IMG/VR virus record: IMGVR_UViG_3300031857_000014
Source: a virus
Lineage: Duplodnaviria; Caudoviricetes
Direction: 5' to 3' (one strand)
DNA length: 64,000 nt
Shown: positions 48,435 to 58,344 of the stretch, piece by piece
Layout of the letters: each line of letters begins with the position of its first letter
How positions within the stretch are numbered: the first letter of the stretch is position 1
Program-made: the position numbers and the translations under genes
Notes under the pieces: model-generated
What the model was told of the DNA's origin: nothing
Database searches by the model: none
Seen by the model: only the letters and a program-made list of their open reading frames with translations

Positions 48435-49247
48435 TTATAAATAGTTTAATAGCATAAAACTTTCGTTTCTAAGTTTTTTTATTGCTTTATCTCTTAATTG
48501 TCTAATTCTTTCTTTTGTACATCCAAACTCTTCTCCTAAGTCTTCTAAATTAGATTCAGTACCGGTCAATCCATAATATCTTTCAATTATTGTTTTTTCT
48601 CTTTCATCGAGAACACTTAACATATAATTGACTTTCTTTTTTATTTCATCAGGGGTATTTAAAATCGCATCCGGTGATTCAATATTTTTATTTGGGAGTA
48701 AATCAATAAGTTGGTCACCATCTTCATTAATTTCTTTACTTAAACCAATACAATATGGTAAATTAGTTGGATTGTATGGGTCATCACTATATCTTTCATA
48801 CAAATTATCTTCTTCTTTTACTTCTTCTTTTTTTATTTTTTGTGACTCTTGAACAAGATTTGATGGGATTCTTATTGTTCTAGAATTCTCATTTAATGAT
48901 GCCATTATTGATTGTCTTACCCACCATACAGCATATGAAATAAATTTTAACCCTGATGTTGGGTCAAACTTTTCCGCTGCTTTGATTAAACCATAATTGC
49001 CTTCAGATATTAAATCAAGTAAATCCATCCCTTGATTTTGATACATTTTCGCAACCGAAATTACAAACCTGAGATTACCTATAACTAATTCATTGTATAG
49101 TTCTCTTTTTTCATTTTTTGTTAAATTATTGTCGATTAATTTTTGGAAAATTTGCTCTTGTCTTTCATGACTTATGACAGGGATTTTACGAATATCTTTT
49201 ATGTATTGATTTATTTCTTCTGTGTTGATTATAATTGATTTTTTCAT
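48435..49247 (-). CDS. sigma-70 family RNA polymerase sigma factor, Bacteroidetes primary-sigma type
   Basis: NLRFVISVAKMYQNQG..LLDLISEGNYGLIKAAEKFD..GLKFISYAVWWVRQSI; region 4 LEDLGEEFGCTKERIRQ; probable start MKKSII (49247). Confidence 0.92.
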   Translation of the reverse strand: MKKSIIINTEEINQYIKDIRKIPVISHERQEQIFQKLIDNNLTKNEKRELYNELVIGNLRFVISVAKMYQNQGMDLLDLISEGNYGLIKAAEKFDPTSGLKFISYAVWWVRQSIMASLNENSRTIRIPSNLVQESQKIKKEEVKEEDNLYERYSDDPYNPTNLPYCIGLSKEINEDGDQLIDLLPNKNIESPDAILNTPDEIKKKVNYMLSVLDEREKTIIERYYGLTGTESNLEDLGEEFGCTKERIRQLRDKAIKKLRNESFMLLNYL

Positions 49248-49294
49248 TTGTAATGATTGATGGGGGTGCGTAAAAAGAATATAACTAAAAAAAT

Positions 49295-49723
49295 TCAATT
49301 TTCAAAATTATCAAGGAAATTTTTTTCATCTTTAGTAAGACTACCTATACCCTCCTTTTTAATTTTGTCAAGTATTAAATCCAAATCCATCTTCGCTTCC
49401 TCATTCGTATTTGGTAACTCGTCCACCTTAAATTTGAAAATATGTTCATTAATTGAACTTGGAATGTGTGCAGATACCATTCCGCTTTTTTGAAAAAGAA
49501 AGTAATAATTGATATTTTCGTTATCCAAAAGATTGAAAATTTCAATCGAAAGTTTAGTTTGGTCAGTAGAGGATTCAAAGATTAAAATGATGTTTTGAAG
49601 GTTTTCTATAATATACTTTACGGATTCAATTGTTTCTGATTGTGAAAAAATTTCGTTACAAAAATATTCTACATCCTCATGGTCTTCAAATTGTCCATAA
49701 ACAAACAAAATGTATTGATTCAT
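49295..49723 (-). CDS. hypothetical protein with C-terminal DUF6576-like helix pair
   Basis: DLILDKIKKEGIGSLTKDEKNFL. Confidence 0.55.
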   Translation of the reverse strand: MNQYILFVYGQFEDHEDVEYFCNEIFSQSETIESVKYIIENLQNIILIFESSTDQTKLSIEIFNLLDNENINYYFLFQKSGMVSAHIPSSINEHIFKFKVDELPNTNEEAKMDLDLILDKIKKEGIGSLTKDEKNFLDNFEN

Positions 49724-49732
49724 TCATGTATT

Positions 49733-50149
49733 CTATTTTACAATGCTAAGTACCCCAAGAACTAAAACTAATATACCACCGGAAACAAAAGTCCATTTGT
49801 TTTTCAACTTTTGAACTTTTAATGATGTCTCAAGTTTTTTTGTGTGATCTTCTAAAATACCGTATTTCGTTCTTTCATCACTAATAATTCCGCTGAGGTT
49901 ATCGATTTTAATCAGTTGCTTGTTGATGATGCTGTCTTTGTATACAGACTTGATTTCACATTCATTCAAATGTTCTTCCGTTAGTTTTAATACGGCTTTA
50001 GCGGAATCTCCACTCAATAAATCCTTCATTATCAACCTAATAGTTGATATCTTGAAGCATTTTTCATCATTGTCTATTCCCGTATCTGTTTGAGAAAAAC
50101 TCGTCAATCTGAGTCCTGTTAAAAGTATCAATACTAATAATTTTTTCAT
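49733..50149 (-). CDS. exported coiled-coil protein with C-terminal TM (spanin-like candidate)
   Basis: Signal peptide ending SFSQ; coiled coil; C-terminal WTFVSGGILVLVLGVLSIVK. Confidence 0.5.
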   Translation of the reverse strand: MKKLLVLILLTGLRLTSFSQTDTGIDNDEKCFKISTIRLIMKDLLSGDSAKAVLKLTEEHLNECEIKSVYKDSIINKQLIKIDNLSGIISDERTKYGILEDHTKKLETSLKVQKLKNKWTFVSGGILVLVLGVLSIVK

Positions 50150-50423
50150 GATATATTTCTTTTACTATTGTTTTTTCTTGTTTTATTCTTGTTATATTGT
50201 TATTGACTTTTTCTATTTCATTATGATACTGAGTAATCACTGAATCAATTTTTTTATTTTCTTCTTCGTATTTTTTAATGTTATTATTCAAAGAATCAAT
50301 TTTCGCTTTAGATTCTGCAGACATTTCTACATTTGGTGATAAAACAAAAAATAACCAATATACTATTACACAGCCTATTACTAAGAGTAATATTGTGTTT
50401 ATGTGTTTTCCTATCGAAGTCAT
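50067..50423 (-). CDS. N-anchored coiled-coil protein (i-spanin-like candidate)
   Basis: One TM then a long coiled coil; overlaps the next gene by 83 nt; TATTTATA upstream at 50438-50445. Confidence 0.5.
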   Translation of the reverse strand: MTSIGKHINTILLLVIGCVIVYWLFFVLSPNVEMSAESKAKIDSLNNNIKKYEEENKKIDSVITQYHNEIEKVNNNITRIKQEKTIVKEIYHEKIISIDTFNRTQIDEFFSNRYGNRQ

Positions 50424-50449
50424 ATACTCTTTTTATATATAAATATGAT

Positions 50450-51127
50450 TTATTTATTTTTTCTAACAACAATTTCATCTATAATTCCATATTCCAACGC
50501 TTCTTCTGATGATAACCATAAATCTCTTGTTGCGTCTTTTTTAATTGTGTCAGATGATTTCCCACAATATCCTCCAAGTAAATCAAAAAGAATATCATTC
50601 ATTTTTTTCCATTCAATCATGTCTATTTCTGCATCTTGAATATTTCCTCTAAATCCTCCACTAGATTGATGTAACATCGTTCTTGAAAATCTTAAAGAAC
50701 CTCTTTTACCTTTTGTCCCTGCTCCAAGTAAAATTGAACCCATAGACGCCGCCATTCCTGTGTTTATAGTTTTAATATCTGAACGAATGTAATCCATAAC
50801 ATCAACCATAGATAAACCAGATTTTACACTTCCACCCGGACTATCAATATGCATAGTAATGTCATTATTATCTAATGAATCCAAAAACATCAATTGAGCT
50901 TGAACAATTGTTGACATATGGTCGTCAACAACTCCCGCAACCCAAATAATCCTTTCCATCATCAATCTTGAAAATACATCCATGATGGTGACATTCATTT
51001 GTCTTTCTTCCAAAATATATGGTGTGAGACTGTTTTCAATTCTTTTGTTGTAATAATCTAGTTTTAAGGAACTAATGTTTTGGTCCTTAGCAAATAGTTT
51101 AAAATCCTTGTGGTTTTTTTCTGTCAT
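50450..51127 (-). CDS. clpP: ATP-dependent Clp protease proteolytic subunit
   Basis: EERQMNVTIMDVFSRLMMERII, DSPGGSV, AASMGS (catalytic Ser), MLHQ (His), RDLWL. Confidence 0.93.
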   Translation of the reverse strand: MTEKNHKDFKLFAKDQNISSLKLDYYNKRIENSLTPYILEERQMNVTIMDVFSRLMMERIIWVAGVVDDHMSTIVQAQLMFLDSLDNNDITMHIDSPGGSVKSGLSMVDVMDYIRSDIKTINTGMAASMGSILLGAGTKGKRGSLRFSRTMLHQSSGGFRGNIQDAEIDMIEWKKMNDILFDLLGGYCGKSSDTIKKDATRDLWLSSEEALEYGIIDEIVVRKNK

Positions 51128-51141
51128 TTCTAAAATTTTAA

Positions 51142-51149
51142 CAAATGTA
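51142..51149 (-). promoter_or_regulatory. Bacteroidetes -7 element TACATTTG
   Basis: Exact TAnnTTTG, 14 nt before the clpP ATG. Confidence 0.45.
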
Positions 51150-51165
51150 AAACAATTTTTTTATG

Positions 51166-53508
51166 TTAAGAAATTTTTGTTGTTACGAACTCAATAGATG
51201 ATATATTATCATTTTTATTAATCATTACCAAATTGTCTGACCAATTCCTAATCAATGTGTTATGCGATATAACGATTATATGTTCAAAATAATTTTTAAT
51301 TTTTTTGAAGAATTCCCCAACCATTTCTAAATTCTCGTCAGCAATTTTACCAAATACTTCATCCATAACTACTATATTTGGTTTAGGTAATGACGATATC
51401 TTGGTAAGAACACTTCTAATTGCCAATGATGAAATTGTTCTCTCGTATCCTGAACCGGAATTTAATGGTTTAACCACTCTTGTCTCATTATCAATCATAA
51501 GAAATTCCACTTCATTTTTGTCATTGATATTCAATTCCAAAATGAAATAACAACTATCTGACAATAATCTGTGTAGTTCTATGTTCAAAAGCGGAATCAT
51601 ATTTTTAAGAATAACTTTCGAAATTCCGTTCTTACCATAAATGGTAAGATATGTTTTAAATACACCCAACAACTCTTCCTCTGATTTGATTTTGTCAATC
51701 AATTCATGGTTCACTTTAATTTTATCTTTTAAACTGTTTATATTCACAGTGTGATTGTTTATTGATGTGTTTGTTTGTCTGATGTCTCCATTTGTTGAAT
51801 CTATTTGGGTTCTTAGAGTAACAATTTCCGCATCTATCTTTTTATTGTCGTCTAATTTTTTCTTGTTTTCTTCATATCTTTTAAGGTTATTCTTTTTTCC
51901 ATCTATCTCAAATTGTTTTTGTTCTATCTCTAATTCAATTCTTGACCTTCTCAATTTATTTCTTTCATAATCATCATATTCTTTCTTGAGGGTGGTAAAT
52001 TTAAGTTCTTTTTTTTCAAGGTTGTTTAAATCTTTTTCACATTTTTCTATTTTTTCTTTAAACTTTATTATCTCTTTTTTTAATTTATTTATTTCAGATG
52101 TATTGTCAACGTCCTCTAAAGGTCTACTACAAGTAGGGCAAACGGTACCTTTTTCAAGTTTTTCTATTAATTTTTCATTTCCGGTTATAGATGTGGATGA
52201 AACTCTTTTTTCCACAGTCAAGTTGTTAATTTCCTCCTTTATCTTATTATGTTCCTCTTCCAAATAAAATTCAGATGGTTCGGTAACAACTATTTCGTTT
52301 GCACTTTTTTCTTTTTCATCTCTTTGTTGACCCAAAGATTTAATTTCTTGCTCTAAGATAATAGGATTTATTCTGATTAAATCCTGATCTATGTCATTGT
52401 TTCTTGAACTTAATATTTCATCTCTTCTATCTTCAAGATTTTTTAATTTTTTATTCAAATCATTTAATGAACCATTAAGTTTTTCAATTTCTTTTTCTGA
52501 ATTTACTATTCCATCATTATATTTTGAGTTATCAGTTTCCAACTGAACGATGTTATACGAATTAGATGTCAGTTTTTTGGACCAATCATTATATATTTCT
52601 TTGCACCTTTCTTCTTTAACTTTTAAATTTTCTAATCCTAAAAATCTAGTAAGGATTTGTCCTCTCGCGGTTGCTTTAGATTCAATCATTTGTTCAAGAT
52701 TGTAACCTGTAGTCAAAATAGTTGATAAGAAATCTTCTTCAGTACCAATAGCGGATGATATAAATTCTTCTGTCTCTCTTCTTTGTTCTCCATTTAAGTT
52801 GAGAATAGTGCCGTCTGAATTTATTTTATAAAATTCTAATTTATTAGTTATTGTGTAATCACCTGTCTTTGACTTTTTTCTTATGATTTTTCTCTCAATT
52901 ACATAATCTTCTCCATCAATACTAATTTCGCCACTTACAACTACTTCATCTTTATCGGTAAACTTATTAAAAATTTCTGCGTTAGTTTTTGTTTTTGTAG
53001 TAGAATTAAAAAACAAAAACATGAGTAAATCTACTGTTGATGTGGACTTGCCACCAAAGTTTTTAGGTGTCGATTCTATTACAGTGATACCTTCAAGTTT
53101 TGTGTAATCAATTTCATTATTGTCACCAAAAGATAAGAAGTTAGAAAACTTTATTTTTTTTATAAACCACTTGTTATACTTAACTTTATTTGGATTTAAT
53201 TTATCAATTTCTGCATTTATTTTATTATCTAACCTATCAATTAGTTCCCACTTTACGGCAATAGCATTCTCTCTAATAAAATCTTTCATTAAATTCTTCT
53301 GATATTGTTTATCAGTTATGTTATCAGAAACATCTAATGATTTCAACTTAGTGTTTTGAATGTCAGATAAATTTTTTGTTACAACCTGAACATTTTTTGA
53401 GTTATACTTATTTTGAAAATAAGTTTTTACTCTTCTAATTTTTTCTGGTGTAAAGTTTTCTGCAGTGTCTTCCCACGTTACTCTTATAAATGGATTTTCG
53501 TAATTCAT
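51166..53508 (-). CDS. SbcC/Rad50-like (gp46-type) recombination ATPase
   Basis: NFLSFG, NFGGKST (Walker A), coiled coils with CPTC zinc hook, SGSGYER signature, VMDEVF (Walker B), IISH. Confidence 0.88.
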   Translation of the reverse strand: MNYENPFIRVTWEDTAENFTPEKIRRVKTYFQNKYNSKNVQVVTKNLSDIQNTKLKSLDVSDNITDKQYQKNLMKDFIRENAIAVKWELIDRLDNKINAEIDKLNPNKVKYNKWFIKKIKFSNFLSFGDNNEIDYTKLEGITVIESTPKNFGGKSTSTVDLLMFLFFNSTTKTKTNAEIFNKFTDKDEVVVSGEISIDGEDYVIERKIIRKKSKTGDYTITNKLEFYKINSDGTILNLNGEQRRETEEFISSAIGTEEDFLSTILTTGYNLEQMIESKATARGQILTRFLGLENLKVKEERCKEIYNDWSKKLTSNSYNIVQLETDNSKYNDGIVNSEKEIEKLNGSLNDLNKKLKNLEDRRDEILSSRNNDIDQDLIRINPIILEQEIKSLGQQRDEKEKSANEIVVTEPSEFYLEEEHNKIKEEINNLTVEKRVSSTSITGNEKLIEKLEKGTVCPTCSRPLEDVDNTSEINKLKKEIIKFKEKIEKCEKDLNNLEKKELKFTTLKKEYDDYERNKLRRSRIELEIEQKQFEIDGKKNNLKRYEENKKKLDDNKKIDAEIVTLRTQIDSTNGDIRQTNTSINNHTVNINSLKDKIKVNHELIDKIKSEEELLGVFKTYLTIYGKNGISKVILKNMIPLLNIELHRLLSDSCYFILELNINDKNEVEFLMIDNETRVVKPLNSGSGYERTISSLAIRSVLTKISSLPKPNIVVMDEVFGKIADENLEMVGEFFKKIKNYFEHIIVISHNTLIRNWSDNLVMINKNDNISSIEFVTTKIS

Positions 53509-54014
53509 TAATCTTGTAATATAAATTGTCCTTTAATTAAATTGTATGTTCTTACGTCTTTCTTTTTGAGTGATAACCATTCTTCAACACAATCACTGTT
53601 ATTAGGTTGAAATTTACACTCATAAAGTTTTTTGGGGTCTTTAATCACATGTGGTTCAACAACCAAAAATTGTGTAAAGTCTTTATTTGTCCTTATGTAT
53701 AAGTTTTTATCATGTGATGGATTAAATTTCCCATTATAATATTCTAACCAATATTTGTGTTTTCTTTTAGGAATGTTTAATGTACGAAAACCTAAATTAG
53801 ATATTAACGAATACGCATCATTTTTCCAAAAATCTCCGGACCACTTACCATGTTCAACTTCAACACCCATATTTTTTTCTTTCTTACAAATTAAGTCAAT
53901 CTTGTTATATGCGGGATTGGAATAAAGCTTAAGTCCAAGAGTAATATTTGCAAACTTTATTACTTCATTTCTGACTAATGTATCATCTAAATTATTTTTA
54001 CCAATAAACCCCAT
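53508..54014 (-). CDS. hypothetical protein, possible PD-(D/E)xK nuclease fold
   Basis: KIDLI...GVEVEH. Confidence 0.4.
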   Translation of the reverse strand: MGFIGKNNLDDTLVRNEVIKFANITLGLKLYSNPAYNKIDLICKKEKNMGVEVEHGKWSGDFWKNDAYSLISNLGFRTLNIPKRKHKYWLEYYNGKFNPSHDKNLYIRTNKDFTQFLVVEPHVIKDPKKLYECKFQPNNSDCVEEWLSLKKKDVRTYNLIKGQFILQD

Positions 54015-54033
54015 TTTCTGTTTTTAACCTTTT

Positions 54034-54342
54034 TTATTCGAAATGTTCAACTATAGTATTAACAGCCCAAACAATTCCAGTGGTAAACATTCCATCAAAA
54101 AAAATAGATGGTAACCAATGTATATCAAAAAATTTAGTTGCCAAACCACCCAAACATAGTGACAAGAAAAATCCTACCCACGTAGATGTACACATAATAC
54201 AACCGGTCAAGTCACCTAAAAATTTATTGTTTGTTTTAAACCATTCCCTTAAAGGTTCGAAAATAGTGCCATAAACAATTATTGTACTCATACCATAAGC
54301 CATAAAAGTCCAAAAAAGTAATGTTGTAATTAATGAAATCAT
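54034..54342 (-). CDS. DUF1360-like membrane protein
   Basis: IFEPLREW...LGDLTGCIMCTSTWVG; three hydrophobic helices. Confidence 0.6.
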   Translation of the reverse strand: MISLITTLLFWTFMAYGMSTIIVYGTIFEPLREWFKTNNKFLGDLTGCIMCTSTWVGFFLSLCLGGLATKFFDIHWLPSIFFDGMFTTGIVWAVNTIVEHFE

Positions 54343-54403
54343 AATCTAAAATTTTATATTAAAATATAACTAAAAAATACAAATAAAAAAAGTATTCTAG
54401 TTT

Positions 54404-54976
54404 TTATTCATCATATATAGAATTCATGTTACTATTCTTCATGTATTTTGCTTTGTTTAATGTTTCTAATGACGATGTTATCTTTTCTAATTCCTCTTTT
54501 AATTTAGTGTTCTCTTCTTTTAATTTTTTTATCTCATCATCATTAGTTACCTCTTTGATTACCTCTACAATTTTTTCTTTCTCAATAATCTTTTCTATTG
54601 GAACTTCTTTAATTACTTCTTTTACCACGATTTTTTCATCTCCTTTAATTTCTACCGGTACTTCTTTTATTACCTCAACTATTTTTTCTACTGGAACTTC
54701 TTTTATTACTTCTACAATTTTTTCTTTTTCAACTATTTTTTCCACAGGAACTTCTTTAATCACTTCAACCGGTACCTCTTTAATAATTTCTTTAATGACT
54801 TCTTTTTCTACAATCTTTTCTTTATTACTAAAAGAGAAAGGTGATTCTCCATACTTCAATATATAATACCCTCGATTAAAAGTATCTTTTGCAAGTTTCT
54901 GAACATCATCAACATTGTTTATTTCACAATACCTGATAAATTCATCATCCAATATTAACGAGTTCTTCTGTTTCAT
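54404..54976 (-). CDS. protein with EVIKEVPVEKIV repeats and C-terminal coiled coil
   Basis: About 8 imperfect repeats of (E/K)VIKEVPVEKIVE. Confidence 0.7.
   Translation of the reverse strand: MKQKNSLILDDEFIRYCEINNVDDVQKLAKDTFNRGYYILKYGESPFSFSNKEKIVEKEVIKEIIKEVPVEVIKEVPVEKIVEKEKIVEVIKEVPVEKIVEVIKEVPVEIKGDEKIVVKEVIKEVPIEKIIEKEKIVEVIKEVTNDDEIKKLKEENTKLKEELEKITSSLETLNKAKYMKNSNMNSIYDE
54540..54825 (-). repeat. coding tandem repeat (V/I-K/E-E-V-P)
   Basis: Repeated ACTTCTTT.AT.AC units on the plus strand; boundaries approximate. Confidence 0.8.
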
Positions 54977-55763
54977 TTTCTATGTCTTTTATATCGGAGA
55001 TTGAAAAGTGTAAGAAAGGTTGTTGATTAGGTAAGTCAACAAACTCATACTTGTCTTCTTCAATATCATAAATACCATACCCATGATGCTTTACCGTTTC
55101 ACCAAAATTTTGTTGAATTAAACTACCAATCATTACCGCTCTACCCCCACTTGGTAATGTAAACATTTGTCTTTTATGTATATCACCACATAACAATAAA
55201 TCCAAATCAACAAAATTTAGTTTATCATATGCATCTTCAAATTCAAAACCTAAATCAGTTGATAACCCTTGGATTGGTCCATGAAATAACCCTATCGTTA
55301 ATTGATTATCATCTTTACTAAACTCAGGTCTTTTATTGTGTTGATACAAGGAATAAACAATCCAATCTATGTTATCATCATTATATTGTCCGCTATCTTT
55401 ATAATATGTTATCCATTCATTGTTTAATAAATCTACAACAGGAGAAATACTATCCAATCTTTGTACATTATTTTCCAAAAAATCGTGATTACCCGGTATA
55501 ATAACAACCTTACCAAATTTAGTTAGTTCTTTTAAAAACCAACTTGTCAACATTAATTGTTCGTTTGAAATGTTTATCTTTTGATGTGCAATATCCCCAA
55601 CAATTACAATTCTTATTTGTGATGGACTAATATTTTCATCATACCATTCAACACATTTTTTTCCTATGTCTTCCAATAAAATTTCAAATTGTTTTTTATA
55701 CAAATCGTGCATCTGAAATGTTCTGATATGTATATCTGCAATGTGTACTATTTTTTTTATCAT
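54945..55763 (-). CDS. SbcD/Mre11-like (gp47-type) metallophosphoesterase nuclease
   Basis: HIADIHI, VGDIAH, PGNHD, FHG, CGDIHK, GSLIQQNFGE. Confidence 0.88.
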   Translation of the reverse strand: MIKKIVHIADIHIRTFQMHDLYKKQFEILLEDIGKKCVEWYDENISPSQIRIVIVGDIAHQKINISNEQLMLTSWFLKELTKFGKVVIIPGNHDFLENNVQRLDSISPVVDLLNNEWITYYKDSGQYNDDNIDWIVYSLYQHNKRPEFSKDDNQLTIGLFHGPIQGLSTDLGFEFEDAYDKLNFVDLDLLLCGDIHKRQMFTLPSGGRAVMIGSLIQQNFGETVKHHGYGIYDIEEDKYEFVDLPNQQPFLHFSISDIKDIENETEELVNIG

Positions 55764-56620
55764 CTCTTTAAATATTTTTTAATGTCCATTTTTAAAATTG
55801 TATTATTTACATAACCGGGAACTTTATATTCTTGAAAAGTCCCATCGTCTTTTAGTAATACAATCACACAACCCAACATTTTTATTGATTCATATTTTGT
55901 ACCTTCTAACATTTTAATAAATAATTTACCATACAACGGTAATTGAAGAAAGTAATGTCCTAACGCAGTATCATCATACTCATTGAAAGGATGATACATT
56001 TTTTTAGTATAATATTGAGCCTCAAAATTTTTAGGTTGATTTGTTTTCCAATCTGTAACAACAAAACCAAAATCAGTTTTTTCTTTATTCATCATCAACC
56101 ATATTTTATCTGGTTGACCAGTATAACCTAATTCAGGGTCACCTAAAATACTCTCAGTATCTAATAATATTGCATTTCTTTCTGTCATTAAATCAAGAAA
56201 CTTTTTACCTGCAGATATCATAGAATCACTTTTTGTGATTTGTGTTTCATCACAACTGAATATTGGTTGTCTAACCTCTTTGTAGTTACCAAATCTACTT
56301 ATTGTGTCATTCTCTAAAACATAATGTACTCTACTTCCCATATTAGTTGAGTACTCACCAGCAGCCCTCCATTCCGCCAATAACTTTTGTTGACCTTCGG
56401 GGTCACCATTTGACATTTGTAATGCCTTCCCTTCTGCATCAAAATGTGAGTGAAATTTTTTAACTACTTTAGATACAGATGGAAAATTCTTTTTTATTAC
56501 TCCATCAATATCTCTCATATGATATATATGTTCTTCTTCTATGAAAGTTAATTCCAATTCATTTCTTCTTTTTTCCATTAAATCCCTTATTTCAAGAGAT
56601 ACATCATTTAAATTTATCAT
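55760..56620 (-). CDS. PD-(D/E)xK exonuclease
   Basis: SVSKV, GSRVH..LE, GQPDKIW, TDWKT, LQLPLY. Confidence 0.8.
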   Translation of the reverse strand: MINLNDVSLEIRDLMEKRRNELELTFIEEEHIYHMRDIDGVIKKNFPSVSKVVKKFHSHFDAEGKALQMSNGDPEGQQKLLAEWRAAGEYSTNMGSRVHYVLENDTISRFGNYKEVRQPIFSCDETQITKSDSMISAGKKFLDLMTERNAILLDTESILGDPELGYTGQPDKIWLMMNKEKTDFGFVVTDWKTNQPKNFEAQYYTKKMYHPFNEYDDTALGHYFLQLPLYGKLFIKMLEGTKYESIKMLGCVIVLLKDDGTFQEYKVPGYVNNTILKMDIKKYLKR

Positions 56621-57561
56621 TAATCAATTTGTTTTATGTTGTAGTTATTTAAATCACCTTGTAAATCGGCGATGTCTTTATCTTTTGGTAATTCTACTAT
56701 CCAAACTTTACCCATTAGTTTACCACAATTAATCTTATGATATAACTTAACCGCATCTTCATACGCATCCCCATCTAATACAATAATTATTTTTTTAGCA
56801 TTCTCATATAATTTCTTAAATAACTTATCAGTCATAAATTTACCCAACATAGGAATTGAATTCGGTAAAAATATACTGTCGAAAGCACCCTCAACTAAGT
56901 AAACAGGTTCATCCCAATTTATCAAATACTCATTCCAAATAATTAATTCTTTTTGAACACTGGGATTTTTATATTTTAATTTAGTTCTTGTTAAGTAAGA
57001 TCTGGCAACAAAATAATTTAATTCTTTATCCTCATCATATGATGGTATGATAATTCTATTCTCGTACATACCAGTGTTACAAAATCCAATGTTGAATTTT
57101 TGTAACATTTCATCTGTAATATTTCTTTTCTTAATGTAATTAAGAGCTTGTTTATAAAAAGGCGTCATTTTCATACCAAGTGTCACATTAGTAAACGGTA
57201 TGAATTCTTTTGGTAACTTAATTTTTTTGTAAAATCTTTTGTTTGATGAATCGTCATCGTCCGGTCTTAATAATTGATATTTTTTTAATTGTCTACTGTT
57301 ACCAAACTTTTTAATTAATTTGTATATAGAACCATGTGTTTCATTTGTCTCTGAACAAGACCAACATTTGAAAACGTTATTTTTATAATTTACTTCTAAA
57401 TTCCCTTTACCATCACCATAATCTAATCCTTTAATTTCATATGAACATACTGGACAATCAAAAGATATTTGACCTTTATTCTCATTGTGCATTTTATAAT
57501 CACCCAAAATGTCTTCGAGAATGTCAGTAATTAATGAGTAGTCAACATCTTGTTTTACCAT
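56620..57561 (-). CDS. DNA primase (zinc finger + TOPRIM)
   Basis: CPVC...CWSC, RIIIPSYD, LVEGAFD, VLDGDA. Confidence 0.85.
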   Translation of the reverse strand: MVKQDVDYSLITDILEDILGDYKMHNENKGQISFDCPVCSYEIKGLDYGDGKGNLEVNYKNNVFKCWSCSETNETHGSIYKLIKKFGNSRQLKKYQLLRPDDDDSSNKRFYKKIKLPKEFIPFTNVTLGMKMTPFYKQALNYIKKRNITDEMLQKFNIGFCNTGMYENRIIIPSYDEDKELNYFVARSYLTRTKLKYKNPSVQKELIIWNEYLINWDEPVYLVEGAFDSIFLPNSIPMLGKFMTDKLFKKLYENAKKIIIVLDGDAYEDAVKLYHKINCGKLMGKVWIVELPKDKDIADLQGDLNNYNIKQID

Positions 57562-57589
57562 ATTATCAAATAATAGTGAAAAAAATTGA

Positions 57590-57626
57590 TAAAAAAAAAT
57601 CCCCTGAAGACACCAACTTCAGGGGA
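57590..57626 (-). terminator. intrinsic terminator
   Basis: TCCCCTGAAG-N7-CTTCAGGGGA 10 bp stem followed by a long T-tract on the minus strand. Confidence 0.8.
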
Positions 57627-57685
57627 AACTAACCAACACATATTACTATGTCCCGTCCTAATATAAATTATAAATAATCTTTTTA

Positions 57686-58306
57686 TTAATTGGAAGTTTT
57701 ATTTGCCATATTTTTTGTTGTCATGTTAATATACCCAATTACACATGTCACAGCATCCGATTGATCGTAACATTCTTTCTTTAAATTACCTGTTTTAGTA
57801 TATTGCCACTTAACTTCAGGACAAACAGCATTCACATGTTCCCAAATAACATGTTTTTTATCAATATCTTTTGGATAACCACCAAATAAAACATTTTTAC
57901 CTTTTTCATTTACTCCGACCAAATCAGGAAACGCAAACTTTCTAGCGTTATATGTGGATATAAACGTAGGTAAAACACCTAATATATCGTAACAATTTTT
58001 TAAAATAAGTGTGTTATATCTTAATAAAGTTTGAACTGTATAGATATTATTTGAATTTAATAAAGGTTCTTCAATAACAACCTTTTCAATCGACATATCC
58101 CTATAATTTTCTAAATGTTTTTTAAACGCATCCGCCTTTTTAATTAATTCCTCAATCTTATCTTCAGGTTGTGGTTTAATTTTAGGTGAGAAATGGGTTA
58201 ATTCCAACAATTTGGATGTTGATATATCAAACAATGCAAAGCCGATGGTCTTGGTGCTGATGTCTAAACCGAGAATTTTTGGGTTGTTTTTGATTTTAAT
58301 ACTCAT
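57686..58306 (-). CDS. RuvC-like Holliday junction resolvase
   Basis: LGLDIST, VIEEP, D..DAV acidic residues of the RNase H fold. Confidence 0.75.
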   Translation of the reverse strand: MSIKIKNNPKILGLDISTKTIGFALFDISTSKLLELTHFSPKIKPQPEDKIEELIKKADAFKKHLENYRDMSIEKVVIEEPLLNSNNIYTVQTLLRYNTLILKNCYDILGVLPTFISTYNARKFAFPDLVGVNEKGKNVLFGGYPKDIDKKHVIWEHVNAVCPEVKWQYTKTGNLKKECYDQSDAVTCVIGYINMTTKNMANKTSN

Positions 58307-58344
58307 ATAAAAATATATAACTAATATTTTTTAAATAGTAAATA

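Noticed and set aside
49375-49578. 67 aa minus-strand ORF nested in 49295-49723
   Set aside because: Alternate-frame nested ORF with no motif support.
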